Source of the DNA: Psilocybe cubensis
Lineage: Eukaryota
DNA: 64,000 nucleotides
Direction of reading: 5' to 3'
Assembly: GCA_017499595.2 (NCBI GenBank)
Contig: CM039006.1
Span: 2,976,001-3,040,000, forward strand
Below the pieces are notes generated by a model. It had not been told where the DNA came from, did no database searches, and saw only the letters and a list, made by a program, of their open reading frames with translations. Numbering within the stretch: the first letter of the stretch is position 1; every line of letters begins with the position of its first letter. Positions 1 through 10,454 of this stretch are shown here, in pieces. The position numbers and the translations under genes are program-made.

Positions 1-706
1 ATCGAAGGGCGTGAGGCGATTCGTGCTGCTTACTGGATCGCAGTGGCATATTGGAGAGCTTCCGCTAGGGACAGTCCATCAGTACCTGCTAAATCTGAAC
101 GTCGAATACGCGGTTATCAAGCCAACGTGGTTTATAGGTAAACCGAGTTTTCAAGAGTCAGGCTAAATGACTGATAAACCAGTCGCTAGACAACTTTGCA
201 TCGCTGTTCTTGGCTAGTATCCGGGATAGAGACGAAGTTTTCTCTGCTGCGGGTGACGGGCGCATTCCATTTGTGTCAGCTGAAGACATCGCGCACGCAG
301 CGTTCGAAGCGCTCACGGCTAAACAATCCCCCAATAAAGAGTACTTCGTCCTCGGCCCGGAGCTATACACCTACGAAGAAGTAAGCCGTCTCCATCTCCA
401 CTCAATCGTACGCTGTCTGACATGCGTTACCGTCACTTCAAGGTGGCGAAGCTGTTTTCCACCGTCCTAGGCCGCGAAATCCGGTACAGGCGCCTGAGTG
501 TCGAAGAACAGACGCAGATTTTCGCAAGTGTGATGCCAGCCGAGTACGCGCGCAAGCTGGCTGGAACTGAGCAATTGGCATCACAAGGCGCAGAAGAGAA
601 GCTTTTCAGAGAGGGTGGGGAGAAGAGTTTTATCGGGAAGCAGACCTTATTGGGGTTCATCGAGAAGAATAAAAATATATGGGTTAAGAAGGGTGATGCT
701 GCGTAG
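1..706 (+). CDS. NmrA-like NAD(P)-binding oxidoreductase, EasG/agroclavine dehydrogenase-like; 5'-truncated by the window edge
   Basis: Exons 1-137, 190-380 and 443-706 with GT-AG introns splice to ...KGVRRFVLLTGS...GTVHQYLLNLNVEYAVIKPTWFIDNF...VFSAAGDGRIPFVSAEDIA...VLGPELYTYEEVAKLFSTVLGREI..., the typical EasG/NmrA-like motifs. Confidence 0.85.
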
Positions 707-1431
707 TGTAATGGAATCACCCTCTACCGCCATTGTTACTCATTTTCCTTGTACTGCGATACCCCGATTGATTGCAGGAAATCAATCTACATACCTATCT
801 GTAATTCGGCACAATGCAATGAAGTGATATGGGTATTGATGTTGGAAGTGTCAGTGAACGAGGTCAACAAGCTGCACCGGCGCATTCACATACGTACCGT
901 GTAGTATATCCGAGTGTTTGAACATCGTGTTTGAGAAAGTCTAATCGCTATAAATTGTGCATAGCGTGATCTATCGTGTATACGTCAAAAGAAGTGCATG
1001 ATAGGCTGTATCCGAAGTCGAATAAAGAGATTGCGTCAAATGACTTAGCGTATTTCGACCATGGGTGGGTTATTTGGGAAGCGGCAGTAGCAGATTCGGC
1101 TCTAACTGTGTGTTACCATACTGGAAATCAATACACCGTTTAAAATTTTCTGGCAGGTGTACCTTTTTCGAATTCTAGGTGTGGTTTGCAATTCAACGAA
1201 AACAAACGATAAAAGAAACGGTATGGCTTCAATCAGACTGGCATCCAGATTGAAACCCGCAGAAAAGGCTCCAAATATCAATAGATGCCCGACTCAGCGG
1301 ATAGACTCTTTTTTTACAACATATTTTTCAAGAAGGTCTTCTAATCCCATCGACGTGTGTCGACGTGCATCGACAACGAGGCACTATCAACATCCGTGAG
1401 TGCCATCTAAACCCCTTTTATTCATAATGAC

Positions 1432-1700
1432 TAGGGAGATCAAATAAATTTGATCAGGGTCTATGAGAGGAAAGCTGTCGCGCGCGTCTATGACGCGCTG
1501 ATTAGATTAGATGTCAGCAAGTCGCGTTCTCTCAAAGGCCTTTGTTCATGCTCTCGTATATAGTCACTCGTTTTCTGATCCTTCCCTTTTCTCATCTCTC
1601 TTCATACTCACATAGCTCGTTAGGTTTGTTTAGATCTTGTAGACATCTCTCTTCATACTCACATAGCTCGTTAGGCCTTGCCTAAGGCTCTTTTTGCATC
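1432..1700 (+). repeat. Ngaro split direct repeat A1 (269 bp)
   Basis: Matches 5961-6229 with no mismatch seen by eye. Contains an internal 32-bp duplication (catctctcttcatactcacatagctcgttagg). Confidence 0.95.
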
Positions 1701-1923
1701 AGCCATTCCGGCACGCTTGAGAGACGCTCGTGGCCGCTTTCTCCCTGGGTCATTAAACACCCAAGCGTCGTCTGACAGTGAAAGCGACTCTGTACTTTCG
1801 CAGTCAACCTCCGGGCAGTCAACCGACGACGAATCACAACTAGTGGCCGCGCTTCTGAGTGTTTCCCTTTCATCACCAACTCCCTCTTCTCCATCGTCCC
1901 TTTCATCAACATCGGAGTCTAAC

Positions 1924-2853
1924 ATGTCCTCTTCTGCTAGTGGTGAAGGAAACTCCCCGTCAAATGGCATGGGTTTCGGTTCAGGCATCATGCTCACCAA
2001 CGAGCAACTCGAGATCCTCATCTCTCGAGGTCTGATCGGCAACCAACGCATCGAGGTTCCCGCGGGTCCTGCTACGGTCACTGCAGCACCGCAAGCTGCG
2101 CAGATCCCGCCCTTCATCAGCAATGCTTCTTCAAGTACAGCGCCAAGTGAGTCTCTCGTTGATCTCTTTCCCGACGTTCCCCGCGCTACCATCTTGGAGA
2201 TTGTCCAATTCACATTCCACCCTTTCAACCTCAACAAACTTGACCTGTCTGCACACGAGAAAGTTCACGACGCTCGCTCTTCGCTGGTCTTGGAGAACGA
2301 TAGCCTCACAGTCAAAGCTCGCATTGGGACTGCCAAAGATTACCCCACCCTCCAATCCCTGCTCGAACCTCTATTCATTTATTTCAACATCCTGGGGCAG
2401 TATGCTGCCTCGTCGGGGTCAGCGCGGGCGACGGCAGAGGTTACCTCCGCCTTTGCGTATTATTGCGCGCAGATCACTACGTTCAGTCGAACGTATCAAT
2501 GGCACGCTGTTCTCGCATACCATCAACGCTTTTTTCTGCGTCGGTCAAAGGAGATGGCCCATGGTGATTATTCTGGGTGGAAAGTTCCGGATGCGGCCTT
2601 GCAAGCAATTTGTTTGACGCCCCACACGCGCCCGCTAACTGCTACAGCTTCCAAGGGTCGTTTGGGCGCTGCAGGTGCATCCAGTTCATCTTCCCCATCC
2701 TCTTCTGCAAAGACCCCTACGGCGCAGCAGACCTGCTTTAATTTCAATCGGGGTACCTGCAAATCTTTGCCGTGCCCATCCGGTCGCATTCACAAGTGCC
2801 AGAGTTGCGGTTCAGAGGACCATGGTAAGGCTGACTGTTCACGAAGCGGGTAG
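1924..2853 (+). CDS. Gag-like protein of the Ngaro element (frame open from 1678, first ATG at 1924)
   Basis: First ORF of the element. C-terminal Cys/His cluster CFNFNRGTCKSLPCPSGRIHKCQSCGSEDHGKADC ends in a CX2CX4HX4C knuckle. Confidence 0.85.
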   Translation: MSSSASGEGNSPSNGMGFGSGIMLTNEQLEILISRGLIGNQRIEVPAGPATVTAAPQAAQIPPFISNASSSTAPSESLVDLFPDVPRATILEIVQFTFHPFNLNKLDLSAHEKVHDARSSLVLENDSLTVKARIGTAKDYPTLQSLLEPLFIYFNILGQYAASSGSARATAEVTSAFAYYCAQITTFSRTYQWHAVLAYHQRFFLRRSKEMAHGDYSGWKVPDAALQAICLTPHTRPLTATASKGRLGAAGASSSSSPSSSAKTPTAQQTCFNFNRGTCKSLPCPSGRIHKCQSCGSEDHGKADCSRSG

Positions 2854-5079
2854 GGACTCGCTGGGGCGAGCACAAATTCTCTTTCTTCTTTGCTTTCCTC
2901 TTTTTCAAAAAACTTTGTACCCGCTCGCTCCAATAACCATTTGCTTCTCAATTTGTGTTCAACTTCTTTTATTTCTTCATGCCCCCCTTTGGTTAATGAT
3001 GTTGTTACTCATTCTACTTTCAAACACCATCCTCATGCTGAATTTATTAATCCCTTTGATTCTACTTTCTCCATCCCCCACTCTAATTTGTTTCCACCTT
3101 CTCACCACCTTCCACCTCTTCGTCCTAACACAGACCCCCGCTGTAATTCGTTTAATAATTTTAATGCTTCTCTTTCTTCACAAAGAGTCTCTACCCCACT
3201 CGTGTCCCAGTCCTGGTCTTATTTCCTCCGTGATTACCCTGACCGTGAATTTGTCTCATCCCTGCTTAACATTATTGAGCATGGGGCAAATATTGGCTTT
3301 GTGGGTCCCGATGCTGCACACTCTTGCAGCAATCTCCGATCCGCATTTGAGGATCTCTCCTTTATGGACACTGCTGTCAGCAAGCTTGTCTCAAATTCTC
3401 AGATTTGTGGACCGTTCGCTGAACCTCCGCTGCCAAACTTCTTTTGCTCTCCCTTAGGCGCAGTCTCACGGAAACATGACCCTACTAAGCGCCGGTTGAT
3501 CAACCATTTATCTTTTCCGCCGGGCAAGTCAATCAATGACGGCATTGCTGACTCCGAGGCTCACATTCATTATGACATGTTTGAGCGGGCGGTTGAGGAC
3601 TTGGTTCTTTCAGGACCAGGTTCTCTAATGGCAAAGCTTGATTTGAAAGATGCCTTTCGCCATGTTCCCATACGTCCAGACGATTGGCACCACTTGGGTT
3701 TCTCCTGGAGGGGCTTATTCTATTACTGCACCGTGCTGACCTTTGGTTTACGCTCTGCACCCTACATATTCAATCTCTTTGCGGAGGCGCTTCATTGGAT
3801 TATCCAACGCCATATTCCCGCTGCCTTGCGTCACTATTTGGACGACTTTTTCCTCAATTTTGGCACCTTGCTTCCTGAGTCTTTGTGCACTCATGCTGTG
3901 GAGTGGGTTATGGGCCTCGGTCGTTGCCTTGGGCTGGAGTTTCAAGGTGCTAAAACGGTCTGGCCGTCTACGTCTATCGAGTTCCTTGGCATTGAACTCG
4001 ATTCCGTCAGGATGGAAGCCCGGCTTCCTCACGACAAAATTGTTTTCCTTCGCAAGTTGCTTGCTACGTGGGATGGCAAGAAGTTGGCATCGTTACGGGA
4101 GGTGCAAGAGCTAGTAGGGTACCTGCAATTTGCATCGCAGGTTATCCCTTACTCTCGTACATTTATCCGTCGAATCATTGATTTTTCAATGAAGTTCTCC
4201 ACGCCCTTCCAGCGCCGACACGTCCCAAGAGGAGCGCGAGCTGATATCCGCTGGTGGGCGGTTTATTGCTTACCATGGAATGGTATCCGTCTTCTGTCCC
4301 CATCGAAGCCCAAAGTCGAAGTCTTTACAGACGCTAGTGGTTCCAAGGGCATGGGAGGTCACTTTGGCGACAAATGGTTCTCTGCTCGCTGCCCTCGGCG
4401 CATACGTCCTCGAGATATTCAGTATAAAGAAGCGCTCGCGGTTCTGCAGGCTATGTTGCGCTGGGGTGATCTCTGGTTTGGCTGCCATGTTGTTTTCCGT
4501 GTGGATAACGAAGCCGTCGTAGGGTGGCTGTCTTCTGGTACCGGCCGCTCAGCTGTGTCCATGTCAATTGTTCGGATGATCTTCATGATGGCAGCGCATC
4601 TCAACTTTTCTTTTTCTTGCGTATGGATTCCCACTGAGCAGAACGCAATTGCTGACGCCGCTTCTCGTTTTCAGTACAGCCGAATGTTCCAACTCCGGCC
4701 GACACTAGAAAGAAACTCCTCATTAACGAAGTCCCGGATTATTGGTATAAAACGCACTCTGAGTTCTCTCGTAGAGCCGCGTTCTACCTCTGGCACGGTC
4801 TTGCAGCCAGTACTCGAAAAACCTACTCTTCAGGCCAGAAGAGCTTCCTTGACTTCATTACCCTCAACCCAAAATATCAAGCACAGCCCGGAGTCTTCCT
4901 CCCAGCTAACCCAATCGCAGTCGCTGAATGGATGGCCTCGCTCGCAGATAGAGGCCTCAAATACACAACCATTAAATCCTACTTGTCCGGTCTTCGTTCC
5001 CTCCATGTCGACGCTGGGCTGTCACCCGAGAGCATCACTTCCCCAACAACCCAGCGCGTGTTCAGAGGCATCAAACTAG
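2854..5079 (+). CDS. Reverse transcriptase / RNase H (pol) of the Ngaro element
   Basis: RT motifs RLINHLS, KLDLKDAFR, LTFGLRSAP, YLDD and IEFLG; DIRS-type RNase H motifs FTDAS, IQYKE, VDN and NAIADAASR. The frame is open directly after the gag TAG. Confidence 0.95.
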   Translation, partial: GLAGASTNSLSSLLSSFSKNFVPARSNNHLLLNLCSTSFISSCPPLVNDVVTHSTFKHHPHAEFINPFDSTFSIPHSNLFPPSHHLPPLRPNTDPRCNSFNNFNASLSSQRVSTPLVSQSWSYFLRDYPDREFVSSLLNIIEHGANIGFVGPDAAHSCSNLRSAFEDLSFMDTAVSKLVSNSQICGPFAEPPLPNFFCSPLGAVSRKHDPTKRRLINHLSFPPGKSINDGIADSEAHIHYDMFERAVEDLVLSGPGSLMAKLDLKDAFRHVPIRPDDWHHLGFSWRGLFYYCTVLTFGLRSAPYIFNLFAEALHWIIQRHIPAALRHYLDDFFLNFGTLLPESLCTHAVEWVMGLGRCLGLEFQGAKTVWPSTSIEFLGIELDSVRMEARLPHDKIVFLRKLLATWDGKKLASLREVQELVGYLQFASQVIPYSRTFIRRIIDFSMKFSTPFQRRHVPRGARADIRWWAVYCLPWNGIRLLSPSKPKVEVFTDASGSKGMGGHFGDKWFSARCPRRIRPRDIQYKEALAVLQAMLRWGDLWFGCHVVFRVDNEAVVGWLSSGTGRSAVSMSIVRMIFMMAAHLNFSFSCVWIPTEQNAIADAASRFQYSRMFQLRPTLERNSSLTKSRIIGIKRTLSSLVEPRSTSGTVLQPVLEKPTLQARRASLTSLPSTQNIKHSPESSSQLTQSQSLNGWPRSQIEASNTQPLNPTCPVFVPSMSTLGCHPRASLPQQPSACSEASN

Positions 5080-5798
5080 TTTATGGTGATCACCGCGCAC
5101 CTAAGCTTCCCATAACCCTTGACATCCTTCAGCGCCTCACTTCAGTTTCTGGCAACCTGTCTATTTTAGATAATCTCAATTTTGACGCCGCTACGAAATT
5201 AGCGTGGGCTGGGTTTCTGCGCTGCGGGGAATTCACGGTGCCCAACAAAACCAAATTCAACCCTGTTATTCATTTATCACGATCCTCTATAGAATTTATT
5301 CCATCCATAGCAGACCCTACCCATATACGCCTTACTCTCCCAGCATCCAAGACGGATCCATTTCGCTCTGGTGTCACAATCCTCATTGCACGGGCACCTA
5401 AAGGGACATTGACGTGCCCTGTGGCAGCCATGCAGTCGCTTTTCTTGATGGACCCACGCGAACCCACCGCCCCGCTGTTTTCTGACGCGCTTGGTGCTCC
5501 GTTATCACGTCAAGCGTTTATCTCAATCCTTAAGCGCCGGCTCGCTGCTATAGGAGTTGACGAATCGAAATATTCGGGTCATAGCTTCAGACGCGGAGCC
5601 GCTACCTCTGCAGCTTGCGCAGGCTACTCGGATTTCGAGATTCAATTGCTTGGGCGATGGCGGAGCGACTGCTACAAGCTGTATATTGACACACCTCCAG
5701 ACCGTACCCTCCACCTCTCATCTCGCCTTCACTTGGCCCTTGCACCTCTCCCAGCTCCCGACCCGCTGGCTCTTCCCTGGGCAATACCGGTGGCTTGA
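4656..5798 (+). CDS. Tyrosine recombinase of the Ngaro element (frame open from 4656, first ATG at 4932), overlapping pol
   Basis: Catalytic R-K-HxxR-W-Y motifs FLRCGE, ASKTD, SGHSFRRGAA, LGRW and YKLY. The conserved-looking N-terminal segment HGLAASTRKTYSSG lies upstream of the first ATG. Confidence 0.95.
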   Translation, partial: RRFSFSVQPNVPTPADTRKKLLINEVPDYWYKTHSEFSRRAAFYLWHGLAASTRKTYSSGQKSFLDFITLNPKYQAQPGVFLPANPIAVAEWMASLADRGLKYTTIKSYLSGLRSLHVDAGLSPESITSPTTQRVFRGIKLVYGDHRAPKLPITLDILQRLTSVSGNLSILDNLNFDAATKLAWAGFLRCGEFTVPNKTKFNPVIHLSRSSIEFIPSIADPTHIRLTLPASKTDPFRSGVTILIARAPKGTLTCPVAAMQSLFLMDPREPTAPLFSDALGAPLSRQAFISILKRRLAAIGVDESKYSGHSFRRGAATSAACAGYSDFEIQLLGRWRSDCYKLYIDTPPDRTLHLSSRLHLALAPLPAPDPLALPWAIPVA

Positions 5799-5960
5799 GC
5801 CTGGGCACACACCCCGCCGAGACTTCACGTGTCGGTTGGGTTGTCCCCTCGCAAGAGAGATTCGGCGACAAAAATATACACCACATTTTTGCACCCAAAT
5901 CCTCAGCATATGATCGGGGACCCCCTCTTTCCTTCACCTTCAAGCTGGACGCACCATAGA
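5792..5960 (+). repeat. Ngaro split direct repeat B1 (169 bp)
   Basis: Identical by eye to 6337-6505. Confidence 0.95.
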
Positions 5961-6229
5961 TAGGGAGATCAAATAAATTTGATCAGGGTCTATGAGAGGA
6001 AAGCTGTCGCGCGCGTCTATGACGCGCTGATTAGATTAGATGTCAGCAAGTCGCGTTCTCTCAAAGGCCTTTGTTCATGCTCTCGTATATAGTCACTCGT
6101 TTTCTGATCCTTCCCTTTTCTCATCTCTCTTCATACTCACATAGCTCGTTAGGTTTGTTTAGATCTTGTAGACATCTCTCTTCATACTCACATAGCTCGT
6201 TAGGCCTTGCCTAAGGCTCTTTTTGCATC
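5961..6229 (+). repeat. Ngaro split direct repeat A2
   Basis: Copy of 1432-1700, directly abutting B1. Confidence 0.95.
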
Positions 6230-6336
6230 CCCACCCTTACCACTTCCCAATTCTGCCTTCATTTCCTTGGTTTCTCCTTTCTGATTTATTCATGCTCGTA
6301 TCTACTTCTATTCCCATAGTTATACTCGCCTGTTCC

Positions 6337-6505
6337 GGCTTGAGCCTGGGCACACACCCCGCCGAGACTTCACGTGTCGGTTGGGTTGTCCCCTCGCAAG
6401 AGAGATTCGGCGACAAAAATATACACCACATTTTTGCACCCAAATCCTCAGCATATGATCGGGGACCCCCTCTTTCCTTCACCTTCAAGCTGGACGCACC
6501 ATAGA
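6337..6505 (+). repeat. Ngaro split direct repeat B2 (3' terminus)
   Basis: Copy of 5792-5960. Confidence 0.95.
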
Positions 6506-7085
6506 AACCAATAACAAACGGATCGCCTTTTATCAACCTGTCGCTGATTGTTATCGATCCGCAGAAGCCTCGGGCGCACACGTCCTCTGGAAAATGTTCC
6601 TGAATACGTCCAGCTTCAAATCCAGATGTGGAAATCAGTTGAAGTCCATGATGCCATGATGTCACGATCGTGAATAAACGGGTGCCGGATGTGCCGTTCT
6701 TACTCATCTACACACACAAGTCGAGTGGCACCTTGGAACAACTTGGGAAAAACTAGCACATGCCACAGGTATAAATCCCAGTCCAGCTGGCGTTCATTCC
6801 CTTCACAAACCCCCAAAGACTGCTATGCGATGAAGACTGCATCGCGTCCTCAGAGGACGCTGATTCAATCATCACCGACATGGCAGCAGGCCGCAAACAG
6901 AGGTGCGTCGTTGTGCCACTCGTTGTGGCATCGGTATTAACATATTCTCCTCTTATACAGGCCTCTACGATCGCTCACCAAACGATCGTACTATCGGCAT
7001 CGCGCAGCCAAACGGCAGCGCGGTGTCGATAAAGGCCTCCGTCGCTTCGGCGACGTGAGGCACTGCCATCGAGTGTGTATGCTCG

Positions 7086-7491
7086 ATGGCAAAGCTCGAT
7101 CGACGGTTCTATGCCGTAGACGAGGTCGACGGTATCTACGACCACTTTTTTCGGCGCGGCACAACTGCCCGCCGGTCCACTAAGCAGCAAGTGAGTACTT
7201 CTTGTTATCGATGGCTTTTCGTGGCTAACTTTCTTCCGCATCGTGTTCAGACATCAATGAATTCTATGGCTAACCGTGTGCCTCAAGATGTAAGTCCTTG
7301 ATTTCTATCGTACACACAGCTATACTCACTGTATGCCGCCACATCGCTAGGTTCCACCATTATCAAATGAAGACATTATGCGTGCGTCAAGGTGTGTTTC
7401 AATCTTCATCAATGTGCCCGAAATTTGATCTGACCTACCATCGGTTTACAGATTCTTTTTACTGTGTGCCTCAAATACTCGACTACGATGA
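7086..7491 (+). CDS. Possible small spliced hypothetical gene, or the 3' remnant of a pseudogene
   Basis: Three consecutive 60-bp GT-AG introns with branch sites (7191-7250, 7290-7350, 7392-7451) keep one frame: MAKLDRRFY...KQQ/TSMNSMANRVPQD/VPPLSNEDIMRASR/FFLLCASNTRLR*. No family recognised. Confidence 0.35.
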
Positions 7492-10454
7492 GATATAGAT
7501 GTCCCCTTCACCGTCAAAGGGGTCATCGACTACTTTGGCCGGCTGCAGTAGAAATAACAGCCGGCCCGTTAAGCTCTAGTGAGTATCCCTCCTTTCTGTT
7601 GTCCTCTACAGCGCTAATCGATAACACTTCCATTCAGATAACTATCTACTATGCTCGAACGACGAGCTAGAATACCAAAGTAGGTGAACTTCAGATATCA
7701 TTCGACGCATCGCATACTGACTCGCAACCAACAGAAAAAAAAAAATACACAATATATCCCCACATCATCGATGATTGAACCCTTCTCTAACGAGAAGCCG
7801 GTGTACAACATCGAGTCCCCTCCCCCCCTCCCCCCAAAAATATACTACCCATCCATTGCCCCCCATTCCCAAAATCGCCCCTACCCCATTCTACCGCTCC
7901 CCAGTCAAGCCTGCCGGGTAGGGCAGGACTTGACTGGCAAGGGAGCTCGAGCGGTACTGGCCAGGCCTCTCGCGCTGCAAAGCGCGATCGTAGACCGGCA
8001 CTGTTGTTCGCGCAAGAGAATGACAATGGGGTCTCTTACGGAGACCCACTCATCGCTGGATAACGGCGATCACAACCTCTTCGATCCGTGCTCCTTTCGA
8101 AGCGCGGTTCAAGAGGGATTTTTTTTTCCGAGGAGAGGGTGGCTTCGGTGTTGGGAGATATCCGTGTGCAGCCTTGTCGTGGCTCCTTGGCTTAGGTCGC
8201 TTCTTGAATCGAAATAAATCCGATAGATGTGACTGACCAATCGCACAAAAACAAATTCATTTGTTCTTTGTTGGTCGCTCCGAGCTCGGTATTGACAACG
8301 TGGTGAGGCTCATATTTACCTTGTTTTACTCTATGCTAATAATGCCTTCCTGTGGTCTCCTATCGTAGATATTCGCTATTAATCTTGACAAGTAAGCAAC
8401 TTTTTGGCACCTCTGAGTCTTAGTTACTTAAATGTGTTACCGATGATGATAATGAATTAATACCATTCTTGTCACTTGAACCGTGAACTTTTGAGACGTG
8501 AATAATCAACTCGTAACGGTCGAGAGTGGGAGACACCGTGTTGGGATGCATTGCTGTTCGCAATCTCGTTTTGTCGGTAACACAATCTTTGTGATATACC
8601 TTCGAATCGTCATTTACGAATTACAAATTCAACAAGTCTCTATAACATGATGTACAAATAAATACCCACGAGATGCTCTGCATGTTAATCACGGATGAGC
8701 TACTTCATAAATCTATCCTAAGATTAGGAATCCACGTTCAAAAAATAGACGTTTCAATATATCTGGGTCTGGGTCTAGGTCTGGCTGGGCATGCGCATTG
8801 GGTCCTCGAGTCCTCGAGTCCTCGAGCCCCGAGAGTCGAGAGTCGAGCCATCGACTCCAAATTTACACCGACGTTCGATGAGATTCAGTGGTATCCCAGA
8901 AATATACTAGTGGCTGGACAGTGGAAATGCCTGCGCAGTCTCGAGTCTCGAGTCTCGAGAAGCACCAGGTTAATCAAAGCATATCAATTTAAAGCGTGTG
9001 TATTTATTTCCAAATTCCACATTCCATGGATGATTCAGAGAATCAGATCGAAAATAGCATCAGCGCAGTTGACTTTCTCCCCGCGAGCGAAGGAACTGTT
9101 TCCCATCGCAGTGAGCAGTGTCCCGACTCAGATGTGAAGCATTATGGCCCATTGACATTTTGTTAACGCTCCTCATAAACTACCATTGAATACGAGAAAT
9201 GAAGTTTTGGTCCAGATTTCCAGGTAACCGCCGGACCGGGTTGATTTCCATATAATCTCAGCGCAGTTTTCCGTCAGTGACTGCAGAAGATATCAAATAA
9301 GAAATAGAGACGCGGAAGACCCGCAGAGCAAACGAAGCAAAGGTGTGGTTTTGCGACGAGACAGGACAGTTCAATACTGAAACTGAAAAGACATCGGGCA
9401 AAGCGTGCGCAGATCGAAAGCGAGAAGCAGGGGTATGAAAGACGAAAAATAGAGAGCCATCCGACGAATTTTGCGGAGGAAATAGGCAGGATTCAGCATC
9501 CACAGGCGCACAAGAAATACCATCACAAATATCGCAGAATATGCAACTGGACGCTGTCGCAGCTCACATCCGCTGTAATTAGGGCCGTCCACTTTCACAG
9601 CACCGGAAGAAGGAGATGTGGTATCGTCCGGCAGTTTATCTGGTTCACCGCCATGTAGACGTGTGTGACGGCCCCGCGACCCACGAAGGGGTTGGAAGCT
9701 CGAGATTTGACATTTAATTCATTGACAAGAGTCGATATTTGGAGCACCAGACCCGCACAGCGGGCCGATCCGTCGTTACTGTAACTTCACGCGTAATCGA
9801 GCAAGTAGGGATTCACTATGTGTACAGTGTGAGTCGGGTCAGGGCGAGGTGAGGACAATGCGAAGCTGACTAGTCAATGCGATTGAACTCGAAGAGTGGC
9901 AGGCAGTTGAACCCCGCCCAGTGCCCCAAGCCCGCCAAAGCATCCAACGTTGTGACATCGGAAAGGCTTGTGTGGCTCTAGGTGACCTTGAGAGTAGTCT
10001 TGGAGAGACTTGGGGAGCCTTGAGAGGCCTAGATTCAAGCTTCAAACTCAAAAGTTCAAAATTCAAAGTTCAAAAAGCACAGCACACTCGAATCGGATTC
10101 GTAGACAGTCACAGACGTAGAGATAGAAATGAGATGAGATATTCAAAACGCCATATAAGCGTAACGTAAAGTAAAAATGTGTAAAGTAGAGATAGAGATA
10201 GAAATAGGCATAAAGATCCTCTTCTTCGTCATCGTCATCGTCATCGTCATCGTCGTAAAAAGTTAAAAGTTAAAAGTTAAAAGTTAAAAGTTCAAATATT
10301 CAAAAAATCAAAGAAAATCAGAGAGATACACATATACATTTCATTCATTTCTTGTTCCTTATTCATTCTTCTTCCTTCCTCCTTCATCCTTCCTCCTTCC
10401 TTCCTCCTTCATCCCCCCCCTACTCATAACCCCCTCCCTCCCCCTCCCCCCCAC

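Larger units (their letters stand above)
1432..6505 (+). mobile_element. Tyrosine-recombinase (DIRS order) retrotransposon, Ngaro/PAT-type, full length
   Basis: gag, RT/RNase H and YR ORFs, plus split direct repeats A1(1432-1700)...B1(5792-5960)-A2(5961-6229)-spacer-B2(6337-6505). No DDE integrase, no protease, no conventional TSD. Confidence 0.95.

Noticed and set aside
1-706. Ergot alkaloid gene cluster
   Set aside because: Only an EasG-like family member; no DMATS or other eas genes in the window.
1432-6229. Conventional LTR retrotransposon with A1/A2 as LTRs
   Set aside because: No TG...CA ends, TSD, protease or DDE integrase. The B repeats and YR show Ngaro architecture.
7684-8217. 177-aa ORF
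   Set aside because: No motif or splice support; partly low-complexity.
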